Origin: Malacoraja senta
Taxonomy: Eukaryota
Direction of reading: 5' to 3'
Length of the DNA: 64,000 nucleotides
NCBI GenBank assembly: GCA_038087875.1
Contig: CM075977.1
Span: 164,982,001 to 165,046,000, forward strand
Of this stretch, positions 36,988 through 48,949 are shown one piece after another (position 1 is the first letter of the stretch; each line of letters opens with the position of its first letter). Both the position numbers and the translations under genes were made by a program. Under the pieces are notes generated by a model that saw only the letters and a program-made list of their open reading frames with translations, was not told the origin of the DNA and ran no database searches.

Positions 36988-39900
36988 TTTTACTTCGGAG
37001 TCACGTGAGTGACTACGTGAAGAACCCCGCCAGTGCGCCTGCGCGTCATTACGTCAGACGCATTGGCGCAAATGGACGCGACTCTAGTGGAATTGTAGTT
37101 TTTAAACTACAAGGTAAGTATAAACTTTTTTGGAAGTATTTCCGTGTCCGTTTGCTGTGGGCCTGTGGGGATTTTTTCCACAGGCGCCATGGAAAAAACG
37201 GGCAAGGGGAGGAGGCGAGCGACTCAGCCGGTAGAAAGTCGCGAGATTGCGGTCGGCGACCAGCCGCCTCTAACCACGGTACAGTCGCCAGCAGACAGCA
37301 TAGCGACTGGGGATATTGGGGCTGAAGTGAATTTAGTCAGCACCAGTGGGGCAAGGCAAAGCCGATAAAAAGCTGCGGGAATGCGGTCGGTAAAGGACTG
37401 CCTCATACCCTACAACAGTCGCCGGCTGGGAGCGGGGTGAACTGTGGACTTGTGCATTAAAGAAAAGAACGGAGCCAGCATCAGTTGGGTGCTAGGCAAC
37501 ATACAAGTCAGGGCCATGGAGCAAGAGTCAGTTTGGGATTTACCTCCAAGGCTGGATACCACTTTCCGAGTGGATATTCCAAATGGATAACCTGTACACA
37601 GGTTGCTACAACAAGACATACTCCAGGAGGAGTGATGTCAGAACCAGGCTCCAGAAGCCAGGTCAGCAGCACCTAGTAAAGGGCTGCTTGATAGCACCCT
37701 CATTGATGAGGCGCGTGCACAGGGTCAGCAGAGTTTCCAAAACAAGCGAAGACGGCAGCTGCCAGATGGGCTATTCCTGGCAGTACGATTTGCTGCTCTG
37801 TGAGAGTTCTGACCCTGAGTCTGACGGTGAGGCCGATACAAGCGAAGACGGCAGTTGCCAGATGTTTTTACTCCTGGTAGTACGATTCGCTGCCCCGTCA
37901 GAGTCAGGAGAGCCACTGGAAAGGACGTGGTCTCTGTGATCAACTATTGTGTCTGCCATCTAGTAGCTTACGATGGATGAAAATGCCAAAAAAGCACGAG
38001 ATCCCAAGGAACTGGGTATTGCTGAAAGTACTAGCAGTGAACCAAGATAAGGGGTCAGATGGGCGAAGGCATGTAAGCCTAAGGAAAGTAAACTGCAGAG
38101 AATATTGAAGCTGCTGGGTGGATGAACAACTGCAATTTGCAAAACGATGGATGGAGGCCATGGATGGAGATGCATCAAGTGGCACTATGTAGCGCCCACT
38201 TCAAGATGAATTGTTTCAGGAAGTATGCCATTCGGTCCACCATCAACCCAAAGTTGCAGCAACTCTGTAAAGCCCAGCAATGTGCAGTCATTCAACTTAT
38301 TCTTCAGAGAAAAAAACTCATGAATCGTGGGAAAGAGTTGGATAATGAGGCAAAAACAGCAAAGTTGATCACAACATCAATGGTCGTCAAGTCTGCAAAG
38401 AGGACGTATCCTTTCAGACATCATACAAAATCCTGGACGGACATCAGGATCAAATCGACCATTGAAGCAGGTACGCAGTTGATGTCCTGCAGCAGGAAAA
38501 CGAAAAAGCGTGGGTTTTGCCTGCCAGGAGCTAGGGACCACAGGTCACTCAGATGACAAAGGAGGTAGGTGGACCTGGTTCTTATGGGAACATATTAAGG
38601 CAAAAACAGCCAAATATTGGAAGCAAATTACTTCAGTTATTATTCTGAATATTATAGAAAGGTTTCTAATTGATTCGATTCAAATACTGATTTGCCATCC
38701 AGCATGTTCCAAGCAGAACACTCCAATTTCACATTAAAATAATTGATGGAGGTTCAAGCTGAATTGAAAACTTGTTTATAAACAAGTAATTGAAAGGTCG
38801 GTTTATCAAAACCACCAAATTGTGTTTAAAATTTCTCAACCTAAAAAGGTGAGGAGTATTTTAGATCTGACAAGTCTTTAAAATTTTGTGAAGTATAGAC
38901 ACTTCAAAATAGAGACTTTGAGACTGCCAAACAATTTATTTCAAAAAATATGTTTTATGGCACATAGATCTGAAAGATGTATATTACTTAGTGTTTGTTC
39001 ATTTATAAGATAAAATTATCTAAAGGAACAATTATGGCAATTCAAAGTTCTGTCTAACGGGTTAACTTCAGTCCCTAGAAATTCACTAAATTGGTAAAAC
39101 CAATTTTGCAGCTAATTAGAGTCCAAGGACAGATGTGGATGGCTTAACTGGATGATGTCCTAATTAGGACGAACAAGAGAATTCGTGAGTTCTCTCTCAA
39201 ATTATTCAAACCACTTTTGAAAGTTGGGTTTAATTCATCCAGAGAGAAATTAAGTTAACGATACTTACAACAATTGATTATTTGATTCAATTGAAAAGGT
39301 AGTAATTTACCCAGGGTAAAGGGTAAAGCTAATTGATGGCTGTATTAAGCAGTTGGAAAAGCAACAATCTTCAATTAAGACAGGTGGCCAGCTTGTTAGG
39401 AGAATTAGTGTTATTTCCAGCAATACAATATGGGCCATTGGACTACCAGCAGCTGCAGACTGCAAAAAGAAAAAACACTAAGATGCATGATGGCCATTTT
39501 TTGATAGGCCATGCAATTAAACAACAAATGCTGCTTCTGATTGCAGTAGTGGATTTAACATGTCTTCAGTAGTTCAAGCAAGATACGGATTGAACAGCCT
39601 TCCATGGTCTTAACAGACTGATATCAGTGTACTAGGATTGGTGCCACTGAAAAGGTATCCATCTGTGGACAGATGGAATATGGAAGAAGTATTATTTTAC
39701 AGACATGGAGAATCGACGTTTTAAAGTCTATTGGAAGGCTTATGAGCTACAAGCTTGTTGTTAAATACAACTAATCTGCATGTTCAGTTTCAAATTAACA
39801 ACACTACAGCAATGGCATGTATTAATTGTACGGGTGGAATTTCCATGATAACAAAGAATGGGGATGTTTAACGTTAAGATTTTTTAATGATATAATAGTC

Positions 39901-41732
39901 AGATTTGGGAAGCCAGATATGACTTGTTTCCATCCAGACTCAATCACCAGTTACAGAGATATGTGTTATGGGACTACATCGGGAGACAGTAGCGATGGAT
40001 GTTTCTCGCTATATTAGGATGGTATGTTGTTATATGCATTTTACTTCATCCTGTCTCATAAATCGGTGTCTGCTTAAAACGAAGCAGTATGCTGCCTCTG
40101 GGGTATTCGTGGTACCAGACGGGTCTATGCAGCCATGGTTCCCTTTGATATTGGAATTTATGACACAGTTTCTGATAAATGTTCCCAAAAGAAGGAAGTT
40201 ACTGGTGTATTCGATAATTGGAGAGTAACATCCGTCATATGCATATGGATGCAGGTTTTAAAAAAGAGGATTGTCTGGGCATGCTGTGGACATGCTTACA
40301 GCAGTCTGGCGGAAGAGTACTCAAAAGCAGTACATTTGTGAATCTGAGTTGTGACTCTGTAAATACTGCTTTCCCATTATGTAAAGAATGAGGGGAATTT
40401 TTTTTTGTGTATAAAAGAATATGGAATGTTGTACGGCACATGTCTCAAATATCTTGGATTGACCTCTATTTAATGGGTTGAGGTATAGTGCTATTTATTC
40501 ACACAGAAGTATATTATTCCTCGTTTTTATTTGATGAGGTTGGAAAGACATCCTGTTGAGTCTCGTTCTTTTATTTCCAGATTAATGAAAGGAATTTTAA
40601 TTCCAGACCTTCTAAACCTAGGAGGGAATCTGGAATATAGAATTGTTTTAAGCTACTTCATCAAAGGAGTCTTGGTACGATTCTGATTTGGCCAAGTTCA
40701 GCATGAAGGTAGTCATGTTTATGGCACTTATAACATTACAAAGTTACAGATACACAGAAGTACTTCAGGATTATGTTATGTTTTACATTTTATGAACTAC
40801 TCAAATGAAGTAGGATCAGGTGTGACAGGATTCAAGATTGTTTTATTAACGTATTCTATGGATCCATGTCTATGTTAAGACATATTTATTGCAAAAAATT
40901 GAGGCTACAAAGATCTTATGAAATATGAAAACAAGATTGTTTATCATTCACGAAAAACCATACAAGATAGTGTCAGTTTAGACTATTTTAAGATGGTTAA
41001 AAACAAGTTTTAGTTGCTGCACGTGTGAACATTGATGGTTTTACATTCCATTCACTTTAGCAGCAACATTGACGACCAGGGCGAAGGAAGTCCCGTCGAT
41101 CATATTCTCACAGCTGCCGGGGTGATCTAATAAGTTGGTGTTTCAACACTTTTACCATCGGGCTATTGCCAATACGGGGCTGTTTGCAGATACTATATTA
41201 AGTTCTGCTTAATTTTCCCTGGGTTAAAGGGGATACTATTAATTATTTTATTCAAATAAATGAATTACTGCATTTGTGGTACAAATGTTATTATTAATGC
41301 ATTATTGAATATTCTCGTTCCGAGTCAATCAATGCAGTGAGAAGCCGGGATTTGTCTGCGGCATGAAATCACAAAGCTTTAAAATCTTCACGTAGTCACT
41401 CACGTGACTCCGAAGTAAAATAGTAAGATTAAACAAGAACTTACCTAAGTTTGAAGTTTGATCTTTATTTTATGAGGAGTTACGTTGGTGATTACGTGCC
41501 CACCACGACCCAACCCTCTATCATAAAGGTCAGATGGAAGTTCTTGTATTACTCGTTTTATTATGATACTATATTACTTCGCTTGTAGTTTTTTGTGATT
41601 TCACACCGCTGCTTCGAAGATTGACACGCAGGCGCACTGGCGGGGTTCTTCACGTAATCACCAACGTAACTCCTCATAAAATAAAGATCAAACTTCAAAC
41701 TTGGGTAAGTTCTCGTTTAATCTTACTATTTT
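36988..41732 (+). mobile_element. Full-length DIRS1-type tyrosine-recombinase retrotransposon with decayed ORFs
   Basis: Left ITR 37014-37048 pairs with right ITR 41622-41656; ICR 41385-41498 is complementary to both termini. Remnants in order: gag-like region (from ATG 37189), RT (LDLTSL..FVKYRHFK, IDLKDVYY, WQFKVLSNGLTSVPR, *LDDVLI; about 38860-39300), RNase H (NNTTAMACIN; about 39600-39840), methyltransferase-like domain (VVPDGSMQPWFP; about 39900-40230), tyrosine recombinase (LFIIHEKPY..TILRWLK, FHS, ILTAAG..VFQHFYHR; about 40500-41215). Confidence 0.92.
41385..41498. repeat. DIRS internal complementary region (ICR)
   Basis: 41385-41421 is the exact reverse complement of 36987-37023; 41421-41498 is the reverse complement of 41651-41728 at 76/78 positions. 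Confidence 0.95.
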
Positions 41733-42723
41733 AAACCCCAAGGCAAGAAGAAAGTTAAGCCCTACAATAAATCAATCTACAAGTATAGTGCAATATTATC
41801 CCAGAATTTGTGACTAAATAATTTCAGACAACAGACTAAAAACTGCCAAAAATTTCATGTCGATAGTTACACAGTTAAACGTGCAAATCTGAGAAATCCT
41901 GTCGGTGAAACGCTACCCTGCAAATGTTAAATCAACTGCATTTTACACTTCTTGTAAAATCCACTGAATAGGTTGTGCTTTATTAAATCAACTGAATCTG
42001 GCTTTTCAAACAATGTCATAATTATGACTAAAACCTTCTCTAGTCGGCCAAACTAATTGCAAAGTACAAATGCAGAGATTTTAAAGGTTAACAATGAACT
42101 CTGGTGTTTCAGCTTCTACTTTAATCATGTCAATCTCTCAATGTCACTTTTGTTAAGCGTTTACAAGTTAATTATATTGTATGATTTATATTGGTTTTCT
42201 TCTCAGACAATTAAATTGATCTGCAGTTTTGCTTGTCCCCAGATGCCTCACAGCCTGCAGTGATGGTGCCTAAAGTTATGCACCAGTGTTGGGTGGAGGG
42301 GAGGTGAGGGGGTAGAGAAAGGACTGCGCGGAAAGGAGGAGGTGGTGAGGAAACAGGAAAAAAAGTTGCCACAGAGCCCCACCAAGTATTTGTGGGCAAC
42401 TGAGAGGTCAGCAGCAAACACTGTTCCTTCACGGTTGGTGGCAAAAATCAGGTCAATAAGTTAACCAATCTTGTGCTGCACTTCACATCAAAATCTATAG
42501 AGAAACTAATAGAAAATTGGATAAATCGCAGAAAAAAATCTACGTGTAAAGATCTGCACAGAATCGTTTCATGAAAAAACTGATTAAGCAACATATATTG
42601 TCTTTTTTTAGAAAACTTATACAAGCTTAGCTGAGCAGTAATATAATTAATATAATTAATCACTTGGCAAAAGTAAAATACCGTCAGCAAAGAAACCATA
42701 GAGAACTGAGGGAGCTGCCTTAC

Positions 42724-42919
42724 CGTCTCACTGTAAAGACCAATGCAAACGTTAGGGTCAACCTCAACAAGTTGAGCAGACGCACTGATATACCAGCCCA
42801 GTGTTTAAAATATGCGTCTGTCTCCCAATCCTTTTCCTCCTCAGCTGTTCTGAAAATATTCTTAAACCTGGCAGCGTGGCTAGTAGCAGAAGCAGCAAGC
42901 AAAGCTCTGCACTTTTATA
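42724..42919 (-). promoter_or_regulatory. Candidate TATA promoter and non-coding first exon of SLC20A2
   Basis: Minus-strand TATAAAA at 42919-42913, an ATG-free stretch of about 165 nt, then donor ACG/GTAAGG at 42724/42723, all in repeat-poor sequence. Confidence 0.4.
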
Positions 42920-45169
42920 ATCCAAACACTGGGACTGTCACCTAGTGTCACGGCACATGACCGAAAAACAGGAGGAGAGCTGTAGGAGGTCCTTGGCATT
43001 CTCCCAAGCAAGCATGTGTCGTGCATGTAGATGCCACTCGCTGAGCCGGAATGCTGGGCTCAAGTCCAAACTATATTATATACAACAAGAGTGGATTCAC
43101 TCGATTATGTATACGAAACCGTTGGATATAAAGATTTAACATGATTAACCCAGAGAGGGAACATTTCTCTACAGTATCCCAACATCTAATTACTCACATT
43201 GAAGTGGTTTCATTATAAATAAGCCTTATAAGTTGCACGTGTTAAAAGCCAAATTAAACAGCAGCTGCATTCAGCATGCAGTTGATGCGGGTTCCTTCAG
43301 AGGTTTAAGGTTGACAGATTCAAACATCCACTTAGCTGCGTCCCCACTAGATCAGAAAAGAGAAAGAACAAAAATAGGAAGCAGGCAAGATGGAAGCAAT
43401 AATAAGACCGAGCCACTTTTAACAGCCTGTCCCCAAGAAAAGTTGTGACTGTGAATATGCCATCATTCTGAGCCATTGGTACTCGGGCAGGAAGAATGTC
43501 TGTACTCAATGCAACAGAGATAAATGGCATCAGCAATGTGCCTCATCAAGGCACAGGGGCTATTAACTCAAGCACCATTAAAAGCCAGTCTGCATCATTT
43601 AAAGAGAGTCCACAACAAGCTTGCAGCAGGTGGTGACCAGGAAAGAGCGAGGATGCAAGGAAAGGCGTAACAATAATTTTCTATGTGGTTACATGTATAA
43701 AACAGGATATACTCCATCCTAGGTTTCAGAAACTAGTGGAACCTTTGGAGATGCAGGAAAATAAAAGGGCTGTGGTTTATCCATGCATAACATACCATGC
43801 ACTGGAAGCTCTTCACAATGCACAGACGTGCATGAGAAGATCAAGATGTTGGCGAATGGAAAAAGCCCGAAAATCTGGATGAAGGTGTACATACCAGCAT
43901 CTGCACCACATACATTCCCATTTTTCACCTATAATCGCAAATACACACGCAAACATATACCATTATGAAAGCGGTATGAAAATGCACATGGTCTATCAGA
44001 GGTCATAGACCACTTGTAGTCAAAAGGAGGAAAAAAGTAACAAACTGCCAACTTCTAGATCACACAGTTCACCACTAGAGCGCCAAATCATCATTTGTAT
44101 GGAAGTGATGGGATCTCCATTTATTATTAGTAGACCCAATGCTGGTAGAACATCACTGCATCCACTCATTACGAGTACAAGTTGCTCATTGCCTGAAACT
44201 CAGACATCTTTCTTACAAGCTCAGATTCTGGTTATACTGAATGTAGATTCAGATGTTAAGGGTCCTGTATCTGGTGGTTCAACAGTCTGTTATTTTACTC
44301 GGATTACAGAGGTATCACCACTGGAGGAGCATCAATGGCTCAATGAAACATCAATCCGTGGCCTCAGAATTAACCACTTTTGCCCTTCTCTTCCTATTTA
44401 CACTGTCACTCATACAGAGAAGATGTAATCCGAAGCCATCCTCTCTGAAGCTCCTCATCAGATATCCTGCTACCAAAGTAGATGGGCATTCAAGAACACA
44501 TGGAGGAGATAAACGATGAATTGAAGTTCCTAAACAATTTATACTTCTCGCAGAGGGTCTCAAATCCAAAACCTTTAATGCGCCTTCATCCATAGATATT
44601 GCCTAACCTACTGAATATTTCCAGCATTTTCAGATTTGTCTTGCATCACACTGTAGCCATTTTAACAAATGCGCTGGCAAATTTCTGCAAGGTTCGATCA
44701 GAGTTCAAGCACCAATATGCGTTTCAGCATCAGTGCCACAGACTATCTCATTTTATGTAACAATGTGGATTGTGTTGTACATAGGCTGCTCTTCTATCTA
44801 GCAAAGGCTTAGTCACTTAGCAGCTCATGGCATTGATTAAGCAGTAACTAGCCCGACCATTTGCAATGATGGTTCAAAAACTGATAACACAGCCGACTCG
44901 AGCAGACTGAAAGCATCACAGATGCCTGGATACTACGCATTGACCTGCACAGTGTTGCTTATGGACGTGCATCAGCTGGATGCCAAAGGAATGGAATCCT
45001 TTATTGGAATAAATCTTAACAGTTGATGTGTGGTGTCCAAAAAAGGTACATGTACTCATTGGCGGACTTCAAAGCAAAACCTTGCAGACTGCTGCTCTCT
45101 GGCAAAAGAATGAAGCGCTTGAAATAGAAATCCTTTATGCTTTTACACTACAGTAGGTGGCAACTTATG

Positions 45170-45490
45170 AAATGTAGCGGAATTGGATCGTTTTTTCTGG
45201 AGCATGTTATAAGTATATAAAATTCCATGAGGTACAGATATGGTGGTTAGTCTTTTTCCTAGGGCGGAAATGTAAAAATACTAGAGGGCAGATATACACA
45301 AGTAAGTATGGAAAGTGCTGCTTAGAGAGGTAATAGAAGCAGATCCGGTAGCCATGTTTAAGAGGCAATTAGATAAATGATCAGGTGGATATTAGAGGGA
45401 TATGGACCATATGCAGGCAGATCAGGTTAGTTGCGATTGGCATCATGATCGGTACCAACATGGTGGGCTGAATGACCCATTCTATCTCCA
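45170..45490 (+). mobile_element. Degenerate CR1 3' fragment
   Basis: 3' UTR similar to 17690-18100. Confidence 0.55.
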
Positions 45491-46055
45491 GGTCCAGGCC
45501 ATAAAAGAACCAAACATGTAAAAGCCAATGGCCAGAGAAAACAAAAAACTTGACAGTCATTGGTAATGGTCATCAATACTACAGTTGGAGCTTGATTACT
45601 GCATCTCAGACCATTTGCACTCCCCAGGCACATTCCGTTAATAATGCACTTCAAAGAGGAATACCTACATAAGTGTCCTATCCGGACAGACCTGGTTAGA
45701 GTGGAACCCTAGAAGAACAAAATCCTTCAGTGTCTGGCAGACCACTGCCTTTAATCATCTCGAGAAATAAATCATACATTTATAGAAATGTAACTTTGCT
45801 TAGAAGCTCAACTCATACAAGTAATGATTGAGTTAAGTTCAGTCCATGGTGGCTCCTTATGGCCTGATTCAGCTTAAACCAGCTGCATGTATGCATTTTC
45901 TAAGGAGTTAGGTACATATGTAATCATGGAGAGAAGGTATTGTTAAAGCAATTTAAAATGGCTAAGCCTGGTCACTATCTTAAGGAAATCCTGAAGTGAT
46001 GTCCAGATCTAAGCTGATCAGCCTTCAACATCCATCCACAACTATCTTCCCTAAC

Positions 46056-47294
46056 ATTAGTAGAGTGGATAAGGGAGAACCAGTGGATGTGTTATATCTG
46101 GACTTTCAGAAGGCTTTCGACAAGGTCCCACATAAGAGATTAGTATACAAACTTAAAGCACACGGTATTGGGGGTTCAGTATTGATGTGGATAGAGAACT
46201 GGCTGGCAAACAGGAAGCAAAGAATAGGAGTAAACGGGTCCTTTTCAGAATGGCAGGCAGTGACTAGTGGGGTACCGCAAGGCTCAGTGCTGGGACCCCA
46301 GCTATTTACAATATATATTAATGATTTGGACGAGGGAATTGAATGCAACATCTCCAAGTTTGCGGATGACACAAAGCTGGGGGGCAGTGTTAGCTGTGAG
46401 GAGGATGCCAGGAGGCTGCAAGGTGACTTGGATAGGCTGGGTGAGTGGGCAAATGCATGGCAGATGCAGTATAATGTGGATAAATGTGAGGTTATCCACT
46501 TTGGTGGCAAAAACAGGAAAGTAGACTATTATCTGAATGGTGGCCGATTAGGAAAAGGGGAGATGCAACGAGACCTGGGTGTCATGGTACACCAGTCATT
46601 GAAAGTAGGCATGCAGGTGCAGCAGGCAGTGAAGAAAGCGAATGGTATGTTAGCATTCATAGCAAAAGGATTTGAGTATAGGAGCAGGGAGGTTCTACTG
46701 CAGTTGTACAGGGTCTTGGTGAGACCACACCTGGAGTATTGCATACAGTTTTGGTCTCCAAATCTGAGGAAAGACATTCTTGCCATAGAGGGAGTACAGA
46801 GAAGGTTCACCAGACTGATTCCTGGGATGTCAGGACTGTTATATGAAGAAAGACTGGATAGACTCGGCTTGTACTCGCTAGAATTTAGAAGATTGTGGGG
46901 GGATCTTATAGAAACGTTCAAAATTCTTAAGGGGTTGGACAGGCTAGATGCAGGAAGATTGTTCCCAATGTTGGGGAAGTCCAGGACAAGGGGGTCACAG
47001 TTTAAGGATAAAGGGGATATTTTTTAGGACCGAGATGAGAAAAACATTTTTCACACAGAGTGGTGAATCGCTGGAATTCTCTGCCACAGAAGGTAGTGGA
47101 GGCCAGTTCATTGGCTATATTTAAGAGGGAGTTAGATGTGGCCCTTGTGGCTAAAGGGATCAGGGGGTATGGAGAGAAGGCAGGTACAGGATACTGAGTT
47201 GGATGATCAGCCATGATCATATTGAATGGCGGTGCAGGCTCAAAGGGCCGAATGGCCTACTCCTGCACCTATTTTCTATGTTTCTATGTTTCTA
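46056..47294 (+). mobile_element. CR1/HER1 LINE, young, 5'-truncated
   Basis: More than 300 uninterrupted RT codons within ORF 45996-47027; (CTATGTTT)n tail. Confidence 0.95.
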
Positions 47295-47439
47295 GTTGTG
47301 ACCAATATCAAAGGAGTTTCCTTCTCTCCCTCCCATTCCTACGTTAAAAATCAATTTTACCAGTGCTTCTAAATGCCACGGCAAAATGGATTGGCTGTCA
47401 AGCGCAATTAGTCATCTCTTGAATTTAACTCGTTCACTG

Positions 47440-47725
47440 GGTGGCATAGTCAACGGCAGCAGTAGAGCTACCGCCTCACAGAACCAGAGACCCAGGTTCG
47501 ATCTTGACTAGGGTCCTGTCTGTGTGGAGTTTGCACGTTCTCCCTGGGTTTCCTCCAGGCACTCCGGTTTCCTCTCACATGCAGGTTTGTAGCTTAATTG
47601 GCTTCTAAATTGCCCCCAATGTGTAGGATCCAAAAGGGAATAGAACGTGTGTGCAGGTGACCAATGAACCACGTGGACCTAGTGAGCCGAAGGGCCTGTT
47701 TCCATACTGTATTTCTAAACTAAAT
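47440..47725 (+). mobile_element. HE1-type SINE
   Basis: Box B GGTTCGATC, V-domain GTGTGGAGTTTGCACGTTCTCCC, CR1-type 3' end GCCGAAGGGCCTGTTTCC..CTAAACTAAA. Confidence 0.85.
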
Positions 47726-48949
47726 GGATTGAAACTGAAGAGGCATGGAGTATTGTCATCCTAGTGAAGCACAAATTGAACAGTACCAGTTGAGTTGAGT
47801 TTGTTGTTAAGCGCAGCTGAATTGATGGGAGTGACAACTTGCTAAGAAACTTGCTCTATGACAGCAAGTGGAATCACTTCCAAATCTAGTGCGTGCAAGT
47901 TAACAGGGTAACCTGCAACTCGCACGCCCCCCCTCCCACTGAGAAAGAAGCCCAAAATCCTCAAGAGATTTGGGGAGAAGATTCACTGTGAATAAGTCTG
48001 TGTTTTTGATAGAACATGTCAACTTTGAACCTTATAAATGTTAACACAATCGTCAAGATTACTCTCCAGTGCTGGATCACCAAGGCTTTCTGGAATGATC
48101 CTGGACTTTGCTGTCAAGACTCCACTGGAAATACTATACCCAAGAAAGTAGTTACTTTAACCATTGTCAGAGAGAAGATTGTAGTTAGTAGTCTTTGAAT
48201 TGAGTGTAGTAATCTCCTAACACAAATACTGACAGCAATTGCGATATATTATAAATATCTCCAGTTACATTGATACCTACTTAATCCTTGCACAGCGCTG
48301 AGGTTAAAAGTTGTGGCTGTAACTGGCGGCAGAATCCAAGGAAGACATCCTTACTAAAGTAAAATTCCCAATATTTAATAACTGCTGCCCAAGCAAGCTG
48401 GGTGATTGTCATTTCCTGGTAAAAACCCTCTCAACCTGCTCTCATCCCACTTCCAACACCGTTCGTTCTCCTACTCACAACACCTTTCCAAGGGAGAAAT
48501 TGCTTTGTGCAGATACACACAAGAACCAAACACACAAGAACCAAACTACTGACAGTAAACATCAATTTTTACTCCAAGATGGTATCAAAGCATTATGTAC
48601 AGGTGCAAAAGAAATTAAAGGATGAAGTAACTACCAAACTTCAGATCTGAAACATTCACTTTGTTTCTCCTTCACAGATGTTGCCCAACTTGCTGAGGAA
48701 CTTGCTCTATGACAGGAAGTGGAATCACTTCCAAATCTGGTGTGAAGTTACTATATCAAAGGTATAGTATCGAACCAGAATCTGAAAGATCATTCAAAAC
48801 ATGCAATAACAATTCAGTGACTATGAGAAAGGTAAAGTACTTTCTGTCCTATCCCAAAATATCTTTCTGCATGATATCTGGGAGTGGGGTGGAATAACAA
48901 AAGGGATCCGTTATATAGGAATTCTTCCATTCCAATTCCTCAAAATAAC

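Noticed and set aside
39900-40230. Stand-alone or horizontally acquired DNA adenine methyltransferase
   Set aside because: It is the known methyltransferase-like domain of DIRS pol and is disrupted here.
42720-42902. 60-aa ORF as a microprotein
   Set aside because: Starts at TTG, has no recognisable homology and overlaps the candidate non-coding exon.
46106-46921. Recurrent antisense ORFs (MPPKWITSHLST.., also at 3683, 4169, 9413, 23390, 58427, 63339)
   Set aside because: Shadow frames of the CR1 RT; they recur only because the LINE recurs.
45996-47027. 343-aa ORF as a domesticated RT gene
   Set aside because: It is a 5'-truncated young CR1 nearly identical to other copies, with a chance upstream start and a frameshifted end.
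47440-47520. tRNA gene
   Set aside because: The box A/B-like motifs are the head of a SINE; no cloverleaf can be formed.
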